Origin: a virus
Lineage: Duplodnaviria > Caudoviricetes
IMG/VR virus record: IMGVR_UViG_2667527676_000002
Location: 1 to 64,000 of that record
Direction: 5' to 3' (one strand)
DNA: 64,000 nucleotides
Shown here piece by piece: positions 29,571 to 38,056 of this stretch. Under the pieces are notes generated by a model that worked only from the letters and a program-made list of their open reading frames with translations, was not told the DNA's origin and searched no databases. Each line of letters begins with the position of its first letter. The first letter of the stretch is position 1. A program made the position numbers and the translations under genes.

Positions 29571-29815
29571 CGTGGTCACATTGCATGGTGGTCACAAGGC
29601 AGATGGCCGCTCTGTGGTGGAAACGCCATCTGCCACGATGGCCGGGTGATCGGTATCCCTGATCACCCGACCGTTACAGCCAGCAGCTCTGTGGTGGAGA
29701 GGCTGGCAACCCCGAGGCATCCGTGCTTCGGGTCTGGGAAGCTCGGCCGGCTGTGGTGGTACTTAGCGTGCTGCTCCAGCCGGCCTGGCTCCCCTCCCTC
29801 GGTGGTGGCGAGGGA
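29571..29815. ncRNA. Structured hairpin array with GTGGTGG/CCACCAC loops
   Basis: Six consecutive stem-loops, four carrying GTGGTGG (29614, 29691, 29753, 29802). Confidence 0.6.
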
Positions 29816-30052
29816 CTAAGCTGCTTTCCTAGAGTGCTTATCTGGAAATGGAAATAGGTCTGGCAGGTCCGGCCGTAATTCATGTGCAGCAACAGCACCT
29901 TTGCATGCTCGCACTACGGCAGGCACACGCTCAGCAGGCACCCCGCGCTTTTTCCATTGGGAAACAGCCATCGGGCTAAGCCCCATTGCTTGCGCGAGCG
30001 CCCGACCACCTCCAGCAGCGCTAATCGCCTTTTCCAATGCAGATTGATCCAT
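29816..30052 (-). CDS. cro: Cro/YdaS-like regulator
   Basis: GGGRALAQAMGLSPMAVSQW HTH, ELRPDL motif; divergent from the repressor. Confidence 0.9.
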   Translation of the reverse strand: MDQSALEKAISAAGGGRALAQAMGLSPMAVSQWKKRGVPAERVPAVVRACKGAVAAHELRPDLPDLFPFPDKHSRKAA

Positions 30053-30125
30053 AAACGCACCGTTTTCTTCGCATTCGTTAATACACATTACGTTTATTTA
30101 AACGCAATGTCTACCCCTGTAAACT
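30052..30125. promoter_or_regulatory. OR operators with PR and PRM promoters
   Basis: TAAAC-N5-GTTTA-like sites at 30052-30066, 30082-30096, 30099-30113; minus-strand TAGACA-N17-TAATGT; plus-strand TAAACT at 30120. Confidence 0.75.
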
Positions 30126-30133
30126 CTGAGTTT

Positions 30134-30874
30134 ATGAGCACATCCGGCACCAGATTGCGCGGCCTCCTCGATGAGAGAGGAATCGCCTATAGCGAGTTCG
30201 CAGCAGCGCTAGGCGTTGAGCCCCAACACGTCAACAATTGGTTCAAGCGCGGGATTCCAAAGGCCCGCGTTTTCGCTATTGCTGACGCACTAGCCGTCAA
30301 TCCTCGCTGGCTGAGCGATGGAACAGATAGCGAATCTCCATCGAATTCCCTAGCCACAGGCGGTGAAAGCTCCCTGCTCTCTCCCCTCGAGCCCTGGGAT
30401 GACAGAACGCCCCTAGAACCGGACGAGGTTGAAGTGCCGCTGTACAAGGAAGTTGAGCTATCCGCCGGAGCCGGCCGAACAGCGGTGCGTGAGATTAAGG
30501 GGAGAAAGCTGCGATTCTCCTACGCTACGCTTCGAAATGCCGGAGTCTCCCCTTCGGCGGCTTTCTGCGCCACGGTCAGCGGGAACAGCATGGAGCCATT
30601 GATTATGAATGGCGCCACCATCGGAGTGGACAAGAGCGCAACCCGCATTCTGGACGGCGAAATCTACGCCCTTGAACATGACGGAATGCTACGAGTGAAA
30701 TACCTATATCGCCTGCCAGCGGGCGGTATGCGCCTGCGGAGCTTCAACACAACAGAGCACCCAGACGAAGAATACTCAGCCGAGCAGATCGAGACCCAAC
30801 AAATCCGAATCCTTGGTTGGGTATTTTGGTGGTCGACGCTCCGAAAAAAGAAAGGCCTTGCCTTCGACCAATAA
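30134..30874 (+). CDS. cI: CI-like repressor (HTH + S24 peptidase)
   Basis: HTH, SAGAG cleavage site, VSGNSMEP and RVKYL catalytic motifs. Confidence 0.95.
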   Translation: MSTSGTRLRGLLDERGIAYSEFAAALGVEPQHVNNWFKRGIPKARVFAIADALAVNPRWLSDGTDSESPSNSLATGGESSLLSPLEPWDDRTPLEPDEVEVPLYKEVELSAGAGRTAVREIKGRKLRFSYATLRNAGVSPSAAFCATVSGNSMEPLIMNGATIGVDKSATRILDGEIYALEHDGMLRVKYLYRLPAGGMRLRSFNTTEHPDEEYSAEQIETQQIRILGWVFWWSTLRKKKGLAFDQ

Positions 30875-30880
30875 ACAAAA

Positions 30881-30922
30881 TAAACAAAACGTATTGACCA
30901 AGCCTTAAACGTTGCGTTTAAT
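30881..30922 (+). promoter_or_regulatory. PL-like promoter with OL operators
   Basis: TTGACC-N17-TTTAAT; perfect TAAAC-GTTGC-GTTTA at 30906-30920 and a weaker site at 30881-30895. Confidence 0.8.
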
Positions 30923-30958
30923 TACCTCGACTCTCCACCACAGAGACGAGGTAACACC

Positions 30959-31150
30959 ATGCAACGTTCCGCCACGGTACACGTCCACCCGGCCTGTACC
31001 TCTTCCCCCCAGCAGATCCAACGCCTCCAGGCCGACACTGGCTGCCTTGTCGTCATCTTCAACGGCAAAGCCCAGCTCGTTGCCAGCCGTACCCCGGGCC
31101 GCCGTCATGCGGTAACCGCCACCTCCCCGTTTGGAGGTGACGCGGCATGA
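30959..31150 (+). CDS. First early-operon protein (63 aa)
   Basis: GAGG RBS; ATGA coupling to the next gene. Confidence 0.7.
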   Translation: MQRSATVHVHPACTSSPQQIQRLQADTGCLVVIFNGKAQLVASRTPGRRHAVTATSPFGGDAA

Positions 31151-31458
31151 CCTACGCACTCCGCCAACCATCCTTTGTGCGGCTCAAGGCTCAACTCAGC
31201 CTCAATGGCCGTTTCAACCACGCCCTCTACGATGCCGAAACCCGTCAGGCAGTCCACGCCACTCTTGACATTGAGCGCGGCGCTGAACAGGTCCACGTCG
31301 TCGTTCGAATGGGCTCCACGCTGAATAGCCTGGGCCTCCCGGTCGACGCCCCTTCCAACGCCAACACCGTGGCCGACTACCTCGAGTCCATCGCGAATGG
31401 CCGCTTGGACACGGCGGACGACACCCCGGCTCGCCGCCGTTTCGACCAGGCTGCGTAG
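31147..31458 (+). CDS. Hypothetical early protein
   Basis: GGAGG RBS, coupled start. Confidence 0.75.
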   Translation: MTYALRQPSFVRLKAQLSLNGRFNHALYDAETRQAVHATLDIERGAEQVHVVVRMGSTLNSLGLPVDAPSNANTVADYLESIANGRLDTADDTPARRRFDQAA

Positions 31459-31467
31459 GGGGCCGCG

Positions 31468-31761
31468 ATGAAAGACTTGTCCCTGCACCAGGCCGCGCAG
31501 CGCCTCGGCCTGAGCCGTCCCGAGCTGATCAAGCGAATGAAGGCGACCGGCCTGCTCGACAGCAGCAACCTTCCAGCCGTACCGGTCCGCGACCGCCTCT
31601 ACCTGCGCGCAAAGGAAACGTCCTGGCACCACCCCGAACTCGGCATGCAGTACAGCCACTCGACGAAAGTGCGCCCGGCCGGAGTGGCATGGCTGGCCGA
31701 CAAGCTCGGCATCCCCCGAGTCTGCCCGCCGGCGGTCCCGGACCGCCGCGAGGTTGGCTGA
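31468..31761 (+). CDS. Antirepressor KilAC-like DNA-binding protein
   Basis: SLHQAAQRLG HTH; TKVRPAGVAWL. Confidence 0.7.
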   Translation: MKDLSLHQAAQRLGLSRPELIKRMKATGLLDSSNLPAVPVRDRLYLRAKETSWHHPELGMQYSHSTKVRPAGVAWLADKLGIPRVCPPAVPDRREVG

Positions 31762-31915
31762 CGAGCCCCGGCCCCGCGAATACGCCCGCCAGATCGTCGC
31801 CCTTCGAACCAAAGAGGAACGCAGGGCGGCCCTGGAGCGGGTGCCGGAACACCTTCGGGAACTTGTACGAACCCACGTAGAGATCGCCTGGAACCACCCC
31901 AAGGGGAACAAATGA
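31754..31915 (+). CDS. Small protein (53 aa, below the ORF-track cut-off)
   Basis: TTG ADEPRPREYARQIVALRTKEERRAALERVPEHLRELVRTHV...; fills the operon gap and overlaps both neighbours. Confidence 0.65.
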   Translation: MADEPRPREYARQIVALRTKEERRAALERVPEHLRELVRTHVEIAWNHPKGNK

Positions 31916-32142
31916 ACAACGCACGCCGACGCCAACTGCAACAGATCACCGCTCAACTCGAAGAGATCCGCGAGCAGATCGAAACCCTGGCTAGCGAGGA
32001 GGAGGAGGCCCTGGACGCTATGCCCGAGAGCCTGCAAGACAGCAACCGCGGAGCGCGCATGGAAGAGATCGTCGACCAACTCAACGAAGCAGCCAGCGGC
32101 ATCGAGGACGCGGTAGCCGTGCTCAACGAGGCCGCCGCATGA
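31912..32142 (+). CDS. Acidic coiled-coil protein (76 aa)
   Basis: MNNARRRQL...[13 protein letters not shown]. Confidence 0.75.
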   Translation: MNNARRRQLQQITAQLEEIREQIETLASEEEEALDAMPESLQDSNRGARMEEIVDQLNEAASGIEDAVAVLNEAAA

Positions 32143-32456
32143 GCACTCCTCACGACAACCAGCCCGAGCTTCGCCTCACTCCGGCCCCGCGCCCAGAGAC
32201 AGTGGAACTCCTCTACCGCACCTTCGGCGACGTACTGATTCCGCTGGAGCAACTGCGCACCAGGTACTTCAGGAACCTCAACGAAGACAGCTTCAGCCTG
32301 GCCATCAAGGCCAAGCGGATAGCCCTCCCGCTGACCACCCTGGACCCCAGCCGCAAAGCGCCTTTGTTCGTTGACGTGCGCCACCTTGCGGCCCTGATCG
32401 ACTCCCGAGCCTGGCAGGCCGACGAGGCATATGCCCGACCCGGCAGTAACGAGTAA
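32139..32456 (+). CDS. PrtN (pyocin activator) family protein
   Basis: [35 protein letters not shown]. Confidence 0.8.
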   Translation: MSTPHDNQPELRLTPAPRPETVELLYRTFGDVLIPLEQLRTRYFRNLNEDSFSLAIKAKRIALPLTTLDPSRKAPLFVDVRHLAALIDSRAWQADEAYARPGSNE

Positions 32457-32506
32457 CCACACCGGCCGCCACCACCGGCCATCCACCACCAATGGAGAAA
32501 ACCACC

Positions 32507-33133
32507 ATGCATACCCAACACATCATTCTCGCGGCCGCCACGCTTGCCGCGCTGCTGATCCTGATCACCACCGCCTACCTTGCCGGGCGCAAGGACAGAA
32601 AGAACGCGCAACAGCAGGCGGTCGACGAGGCGCTCTATCTCTGCCGCGTCTCGCACGGCCAGGAACTGACTGCGCTGCATACCGACCTGATCAAGCTGCG
32701 CACCAATGCCCAGCGCCTGCAACAGGTCATAGATGAGCAGGAGGAAGAGATCAGCGACCAGAAGGAGCTCCGTCAAAGCATCGAAGCCGAGGCCACCGAG
32801 AAACTTGCGGATTGGCAGCAGCGCCACGAAGAGCAACAAGCGGAACTGAAGCGCCTGGAGACGGAGCTGGAGACAAGCATCGCGACCAATCATCGGCAGG
32901 CTGAGACCGCGAAGCTCCTCCGCGAGCAGAACTTGGCCGCCGAAGAACTGGACGCCATCCGCACCGCCAGTCGCCTCCTCAGCGGCCACGCTCGACAGTT
33001 CCAAAAGACCGGCACCACCAAGCGCAACGCAGACGCCGAAGCCCAACAGCAGCTCGCCGCGATCCTCCAGCGGCTCGCCATCACGGAACTGGCCAGCCAG
33101 AGCGCAGAAGCTGAAGCGCAGGAGGCGGCATGA
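32507..33133 (+). CDS. Membrane-anchored coiled-coil protein
   Basis: N-terminal TM helix and long Q/E-rich coil; GGAG RBS. Confidence 0.75.
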   Translation: MHTQHIILAAATLAALLILITTAYLAGRKDRKNAQQQAVDEALYLCRVSHGQELTALHTDLIKLRTNAQRLQQVIDEQEEEISDQKELRQSIEAEATEKLADWQQRHEEQQAELKRLETELETSIATNHRQAETAKLLREQNLAAEELDAIRTASRLLSGHARQFQKTGTTKRNADAEAQQQLAAILQRLAITELASQSAEAEAQEAA

Positions 33134-33369
33134 ACTACTCCAGCCTCTCCACCTACGACCTGCTGAAGCACCGCAGCCACCACGTCGACAGCCTGACCCG
33201 CCTGCGCCGCTCCCAGCCACAGTGGGACGAGGACGATGCTCGACGCGGGGAAATCACGATGGCCGATATCAGCGACCAGATCCGCGAGATCGATGACCAC
33301 CTTCGTCCGAGCGGCTGGGAGTCAGTCGACCTCGACTACTCCGGCGACACCGCACCGATGTGCATGTGA
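33130..33369 (+). CDS. Hypothetical early protein
   Basis: GGAGG RBS, ATGA coupling. Confidence 0.7.
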   Translation: MNYSSLSTYDLLKHRSHHVDSLTRLRRSQPQWDEDDARRGEITMADISDQIREIDDHLRPSGWESVDLDYSGDTAPMCM

Positions 33370-33378
33370 GGCAGCGCG

Positions 33379-33858
33379 ATGACTACTATCCCGGCTAGCC
33401 GCGTAGCGGCACAAGACCAGGGCGCCGCCCTGGCACACGCCACCCACAGCACCCAAGCCCCGGCCGCGCAAAAGCGCGGCGGCGGCCTGGCACGTCGCAT
33501 CCAACTGATCGCCATCGCCCAAGGCCGCCAACCGATGCCCGAGGGTGGCGCTATAGAAAGCCACTGCTGCGCAGCAGCAGGCATATTCCAACCCAACCTT
33601 CAGCACACGCCGAAGGCACGCATACCCCACGAAAGGCTGCGCCGGGGCGCGAAGCACATAGCCACGCTTCGCTTAATGACTCGCTCGCCCGCGCAGCTTG
33701 TCGAGGGGGGAAAGCGCCCACCGAAGCCCACCGATAACGCACTGATCCGCACGCTGTGCGCGCAGATCCGCGAGCAGAACCAAGAGATTGCCGCGCTGCG
33801 CATCGCGAACACCGACCTCCTCCAGCGCCTGGAGAAAGCCGAAGGGGGACGGGCATGA
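33379..33858 (+). CDS. Hypothetical protein with C-terminal coiled coil
   Basis: GAGG RBS; coupled to the methyltransferase start; central part looks atypical. Confidence 0.5.
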   Translation: MTTIPASRVAAQDQGAALAHATHSTQAPAAQKRGGGLARRIQLIAIAQGRQPMPEGGAIESHCCAAAGIFQPNLQHTPKARIPHERLRRGAKHIATLRLMTRSPAQLVEGGKRPPKPTDNALIRTLCAQIREQNQEIAALRIANTDLLQRLEKAEGGRA

Positions 33859-35690
33859 GCAGCTTCCAGCAGCACCTCCACCAAGCAGCCCAACAGCGCG
33901 CCCTCCCGTTCCAGAAAGAGCTTTATGTCGACCTCTTCGCCGGCGCCGGCGGCGCAAGCAGCGGGGGCGCTCGTGTCTATCGAGATCCAGACATTGCGAT
34001 CAACCACAACCCCATTGCCATTGCCGTTCACCGAGCCAATCACCCGAACACCCTCCACTTCAGGACAGACGTTTTCGAGGTAGATCCGCTAGAGGCAACC
34101 GGCGGGCAACCCGTGGGCATTCTGTGGGCCTCGCCCGATTGCCGCCACTTCAGCAAGGCCAAGGGCGGCGCGCCTCGCAGCAAGCGGGTCCGCTCCCTCG
34201 CCTGGGTCGTGGTCCGCTGGGTACACGCGACGCGCCCACGTATGTTCTTCCTTGAGAATGTGGAGGAGTTCCAAGACTGGGGACCGCTCGACGAATCCGG
34301 CAAACCGATCAAGAGCGAGGCTGGTCGCACGTTCAGGGCATTCATCGCTTGCCTGACCACTGGCTTGGCCCAGGACCACCCAGACATGTCCGAGATACTC
34401 GACGCAATCGGGCTGTGGGTTCCCAAACAAGCACTAGTGCGCGGCCTGGGCTGTGATGTTCAGTGGCGTGAACGCCGAGCAGCCAACGCCGGCGCCCCGA
34501 CAATCCGCAAACGCCTGTTCATGATCGGCCGCACCGACGGACGCCCCATCGTCTGGACCTCCCCGAAACGTCACCAGACTCCGCAGCCGGGTCAGCTACC
34601 TTGGCGCTCTGCCGCTGAGTGCATCGACTGGAGCGACCTGGGCACCAGCCTGTTTGATCGCGCCCGACCACTGGTAGACAACACCTGCCGCAGGGTGGCC
34701 AAGGGGTTCTGGAGGCACACCGTCATGGCCGACCAGCCCTACCTTGTCCCGATGGATGCTCAACACCTGGCGGCGGCCAGCCTCACGGAATTCGCCAACG
34801 CGAGCAGCCAACGCACCTTCAGCGTGGCCGAGCCCCTGCGGACGCAAGTCGCCCAGGTCAAGGGCGGACACTTCGCACTGTCAGCCGCAACGCTGGTGGA
34901 GATCGGCTACGGCGAGCGAGCCGGACAAGCTCCCCGCGCCCCCGGTTTGGCCAAGCCTCTAGGCACCGTCGTGGCGAGCAGTCGAAAGCACGCCCTAGTC
35001 ACCGCAGCGATGGTGACACTGCGCAAGGGCTCTGTGGGCAATGGACTCCTTCAGCCGATGAACTCCATTACCACCGGAAGCGGGCACCACGCCATCGCTG
35101 CATGCCACTTCGAGCAAGCCAACGGAGGGTTCTATACCGGTGACGGCCGGGCTGCCGATGCGCCACTCAGTACGATCCTGGGACGCGGTACGAACCAACG
35201 CCTGGCTACTGCGTACCTGGTGAAATACTACGGCACCGGGCACAACTGTCAGGACTTACGCGAGCCCATGCATACGCTTCCCACCAGAGAGCGCATGGCC
35301 CTAGTTACGGTTACCAAGGTTCCTGCCAGCATCCTGCCGCCCGAGCTGCTGGAGCGCGCAAAGCGGTGCGCGGAGTTCCTACGCAAGTATCTGCCGGAGC
35401 ACTTCAGCGAGCCAGCCGACGTCGTGCTACTGGGGGACTACGCCCTGGTGGACTTCACCCTACGCATGCTCAAGGCGCCGGAGCTGAAGATGGCGCAGGG
35501 CTTCAGCCCCGATTACATCATTGATCGCGGCTTGTTCGAGACCGTCGATGGACAACTCGAATGGCGCCCCATCAACAACACCGAACAAATCCGCCTCATC
35601 GGCAACAGTGTTTGCCCGGATGAAGCGGAAGACCTCATCGCCGCCAACGCCGCGGACCTGATCGACCTATACCAACGGGAGGCAGCATGA
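33855..35690 (+). CDS. DNA cytosine-C5 methyltransferase (orphan)
   Basis: DLFAGAGG, SPDC, ENV, RKRLF and IGNSV motifs. Confidence 0.92.
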   Translation: MSSFQQHLHQAAQQRALPFQKELYVDLFAGAGGASSGGARVYRDPDIAINHNPIAIAVHRANHPNTLHFRTDVFEVDPLEATGGQPVGILWASPDCRHFSKAKGGAPRSKRVRSLAWVVVRWVHATRPRMFFLENVEEFQDWGPLDESGKPIKSEAGRTFRAFIACLTTGLAQDHPDMSEILDAIGLWVPKQALVRGLGCDVQWRERRAANAGAPTIRKRLFMIGRTDGRPIVWTSPKRHQTPQPGQLPWRSAAECIDWSDLGTSLFDRARPLVDNTCRRVAKGFWRHTVMADQPYLVPMDAQHLAAASLTEFANASSQRTFSVAEPLRTQVAQVKGGHFALSAATLVEIGYGERAGQAPRAPGLAKPLGTVVASSRKHALVTAAMVTLRKGSVGNGLLQPMNSITTGSGHHAIAACHFEQANGGFYTGDGRAADAPLSTILGRGTNQRLATAYLVKYYGTGHNCQDLREPMHTLPTRERMALVTVTKVPASILPPELLERAKRCAEFLRKYLPEHFSEPADVVLLGDYALVDFTLRMLKAPELKMAQGFSPDYIIDRGLFETVDGQLEWRPINNTEQIRLIGNSVCPDEAEDLIAANAADLIDLYQREAA

Positions 35691-35692
35691 GT

Positions 35693-36334
35693 TTACTCTC
35701 TATCAGAGTGCAGCAAGGCCAGACTAGCTTCCAAGTTTTTTCGCCAACCCGCCAACTCTTTAAGTTTTTGCTGTGCCTGCCCTGGAATATCACTGACATC
35801 AATCCCTTGAGTGAAATCTTTGGCTTCAAGTTTTTCTGCTGCAAGCTCGCAGAATACTGCAATCTGGCGAAGACCAAGGACGACAAATACCAGCTCACTA
35901 CCAAAAACCGTAACGGGCACTCCTTCCAACAGCGTCACCGTATCCTTGAGCTCCCTACGCAGAACAGCATCAGCTTTCACTGTCGAAAGTCCAGCTTTAC
36001 TTGCCTCCCTAGCCAATCGATACATCAGTTGCTCAAAGTGACACACCAGAGAATATGCAGCCCCACTGTTACTGCATTTTGCGAAACGCTCCTCGGCGTG
36101 CCGATCTGCAATGCTCTTCCGCGTCTGGAAGTAGGGGACACCTATAGCAACAGCTATCGCAAGAAAGCCACCCAGAGCCTGAGCCCAACCCGCAGTATCA
36201 GCCGGAAGGTACCCATTTTTCACCCAATAAGCAGTACTGCCGACCAGCAACCACAAACTGGCACTGACAAAAAACAACCACCAAATCGCCCATATTGTCC
36301 GTTCAACCAACGTCGACGGAATTTCTACCTTCAA
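35693..36334 (-). CDS. Antisense moron membrane protein (2 N-terminal TM helices)
   Basis: Lower GC; WAIWWLFF and WAQALGGFLAIAVAIGVPYFQ helices. Confidence 0.75.
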   Translation of the reverse strand: MKVEIPSTLVERTIWAIWWLFFVSASLWLLVGSTAYWVKNGYLPADTAGWAQALGGFLAIAVAIGVPYFQTRKSIADRHAEERFAKCSNSGAAYSLVCHFEQLMYRLAREASKAGLSTVKADAVLRRELKDTVTLLEGVPVTVFGSELVFVVLGLRQIAVFCELAAEKLEAKDFTQGIDVSDIPGQAQQKLKELAGWRKNLEASLALLHSDRE

Positions 36335-36462
36335 GATGAACTCCCTTTATCGGCAAAGCTGGATGGAGATTGCTTACTTGTAGATCATTGGTCGAGAGGT
36401 AGCCATATAATCGACCTGAGCGACCAGATGCATGCCAGACAAAAGCAGAAGGAGGACGGAGC

Positions 36463-36585
36463 ATGCAAAGAACAGTGACCGCCCTCTGCATCATCGTCGC
36501 CACCCTCGGCCTAGTCGCAGTGTTCGCGGCGGAGGTATTCCCGAGCCTCCGCACGCTGGCCGTCTGGCAAGCGGGGTGCTACTGA
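36463..36585 (+). CDS. Small membrane protein (40 aa)
   Basis: MQRTVTALCIIVATLGLVAVFAAEVFPSLRTLAVWQAGCY; GGAGG upstream; TGATG coupling. Confidence 0.6.
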   Translation: MQRTVTALCIIVATLGLVAVFAAEVFPSLRTLAVWQAGCY

Positions 36586-36860
36586 TGAATACCCTGTTCC
36601 TTCTCATGGCCCAGTACAACGGCCTCGCCATCATCCCGCTGAATAGAGTATGCGCCGACTACTTCAGTCACCTGACTGTCGAGCAGTTCCAGCGGAAGGT
36701 CCTGGCCGGACAGATCCAGATCCCTATCACACGGATCGAGTCCAGCCAGAAGGCTGCCAGAGGCATTCACTTGGCGGACCTGGCGGCGTATCTGGACAAA
36801 CAGCGCGAGGTCGCCCTGAAAGACCATGAACGGCTAAACCGAGCCCGGCCGGCGGCCTGA
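36585..36860 (+). CDS. PrtN family protein, probable excisionase/RDF
   Basis: MNTLFLLMAQY...SQKAARGIHLADLAAYLD; convergent with and overlapping the integrase. Confidence 0.8.
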   Translation: MNTLFLLMAQYNGLAIIPLNRVCADYFSHLTVEQFQRKVLAGQIQIPITRIESSQKAARGIHLADLAAYLDKQREVALKDHERLNRARPAA

Positions 36861-37988
36861 CTTCTTCTTGGAAACCCATTCCCCGAAGGACACCGGCATC
36901 GCCAAGACCTTCGGGAACCATTCCCAGCCAGCATATTTATCGCCAGACCCACGCAGATGGGTATATCGCCGAAGAGAGTTCCAATCTCGGTGCCCGCTGA
37001 CCGAAGCCACCTTGGGAATGTCCCACTCCAGCTCAAACAGCCGACTGATCGCTTCGTGGCGCAGATCGTGAAACGTCAGATCCTCTATACCTGCGGCAGT
37101 GATCGCGCGACTCCATGCCCCCTGAATCGCATCGGTGGTGTATGGAAATATCTCGTCAAAGGCCCGCGGCATACTCTTGATGACCGCCATTGCCTCCTCG
37201 GGTAGCTGACACCACACGTCGTTACCCCACTTGTCACCTGGGTTCTTCATATCCCGGACTAGGACGGCGCCCCGGGCCTCGTCCAGGTCTGCCCACCGGA
37301 TACGGATGATCTCCTCCTGCCTTCGGCTGGAGAACAATGCAAAGGCAGCAACCTTCGCCATGCACATCGAGGTCGGTCGCGATCGCCATGAGCGCTCGAA
37401 CGCCTGGAACAACCGATCCAACTCATCAAGTGTCGGGCGCCGATCACGCTCCCTGCTGCGCAACTTGTAACCCAGGTTCTTGAGAACCCTGCGGGCTCTC
37501 GCCATAACGTCCGGGTCGACTTGATACCCCCAGGCTGCCTCCGCCACTCCTAACACCGACCCAAGATGTGCCAGGTCATTGGCAACTGTCTGCGCCTTCA
37601 CCCCTCCCCCGTCCGGCCCCATACGCCACAGCGCATAGTCAACGAGCACCTGACTGGTGATATCCCGGTCGATGGTATCGCCCAGGTGGGAAGCGGCGAT
37701 GGCGGTCAGCGTGGCGATCTTGGTCTTACCCAGCGGGCGAGTCTTATCCCGGTCGGCCAGGTACTGGGCGATGATGTTCCGAAGCAGTACCCCCTTTTTC
37801 GTCGCCCGCTCCAAGCCACCGGGCTCGGCCAATTCAGCCTCCCGACGGAGCGCCCATGCTTCAGCGGCCTTTTTCCGGCTGAAACTTGCGCTCTCCTGAT
37901 AGACTTGCGCGCCTCCGCGCTTGATACGAATCTGCGCGGTGTACATCACCGTTCCATCGGCGTTGCGCCGAGCGCGAATAGTGGCCAT
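36834..37988 (-). CDS. int: Tyrosine integrase (dusA-associated type)
   Basis: SSRRQEEI, HDLRHEAISRLFE, SGHRDW..LRRY; divergent from the dusA 5' fragment. Confidence 0.95.
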   Translation of the reverse strand: MATIRARRNADGTVMYTAQIRIKRGGAQVYQESASFSRKKAAEAWALRREAELAEPGGLERATKKGVLLRNIIAQYLADRDKTRPLGKTKIATLTAIAASHLGDTIDRDITSQVLVDYALWRMGPDGGGVKAQTVANDLAHLGSVLGVAEAAWGYQVDPDVMARARRVLKNLGYKLRSRERDRRPTLDELDRLFQAFERSWRSRPTSMCMAKVAAFALFSSRRQEEIIRIRWADLDEARGAVLVRDMKNPGDKWGNDVWCQLPEEAMAVIKSMPRAFDEIFPYTTDAIQGAWSRAITAAGIEDLTFHDLRHEAISRLFELEWDIPKVASVSGHRDWNSLRRYTHLRGSGDKYAGWEWFPKVLAMPVSFGEWVSKKKSGRRPGSV

Positions 37989-38056
37989 CGTAACTCCCGG
38001 TCCCGGTGGTAAAAGGCGTTAGGCGAGTGGTAATTTTTACCACCAACCCGCCAAAT

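Noticed and set aside
29571-29815. tRNA, RsmA-sponge or CRISPR interpretation of the hairpin array
   Set aside because: No T-loop or anticodon arm, GGA follows only two of the loops, and the stems are not repeated
29882-30133. 84-aa N-terminal extension of CI in the ORF track
   Set aside because: Overlaps cro and the operators; the HTH begins at ATG 30134
35687-36478. 263-aa plus-strand ORF after the methyltransferase
   Set aside because: Composition is not protein-like; the minus-strand membrane protein is the more credible gene
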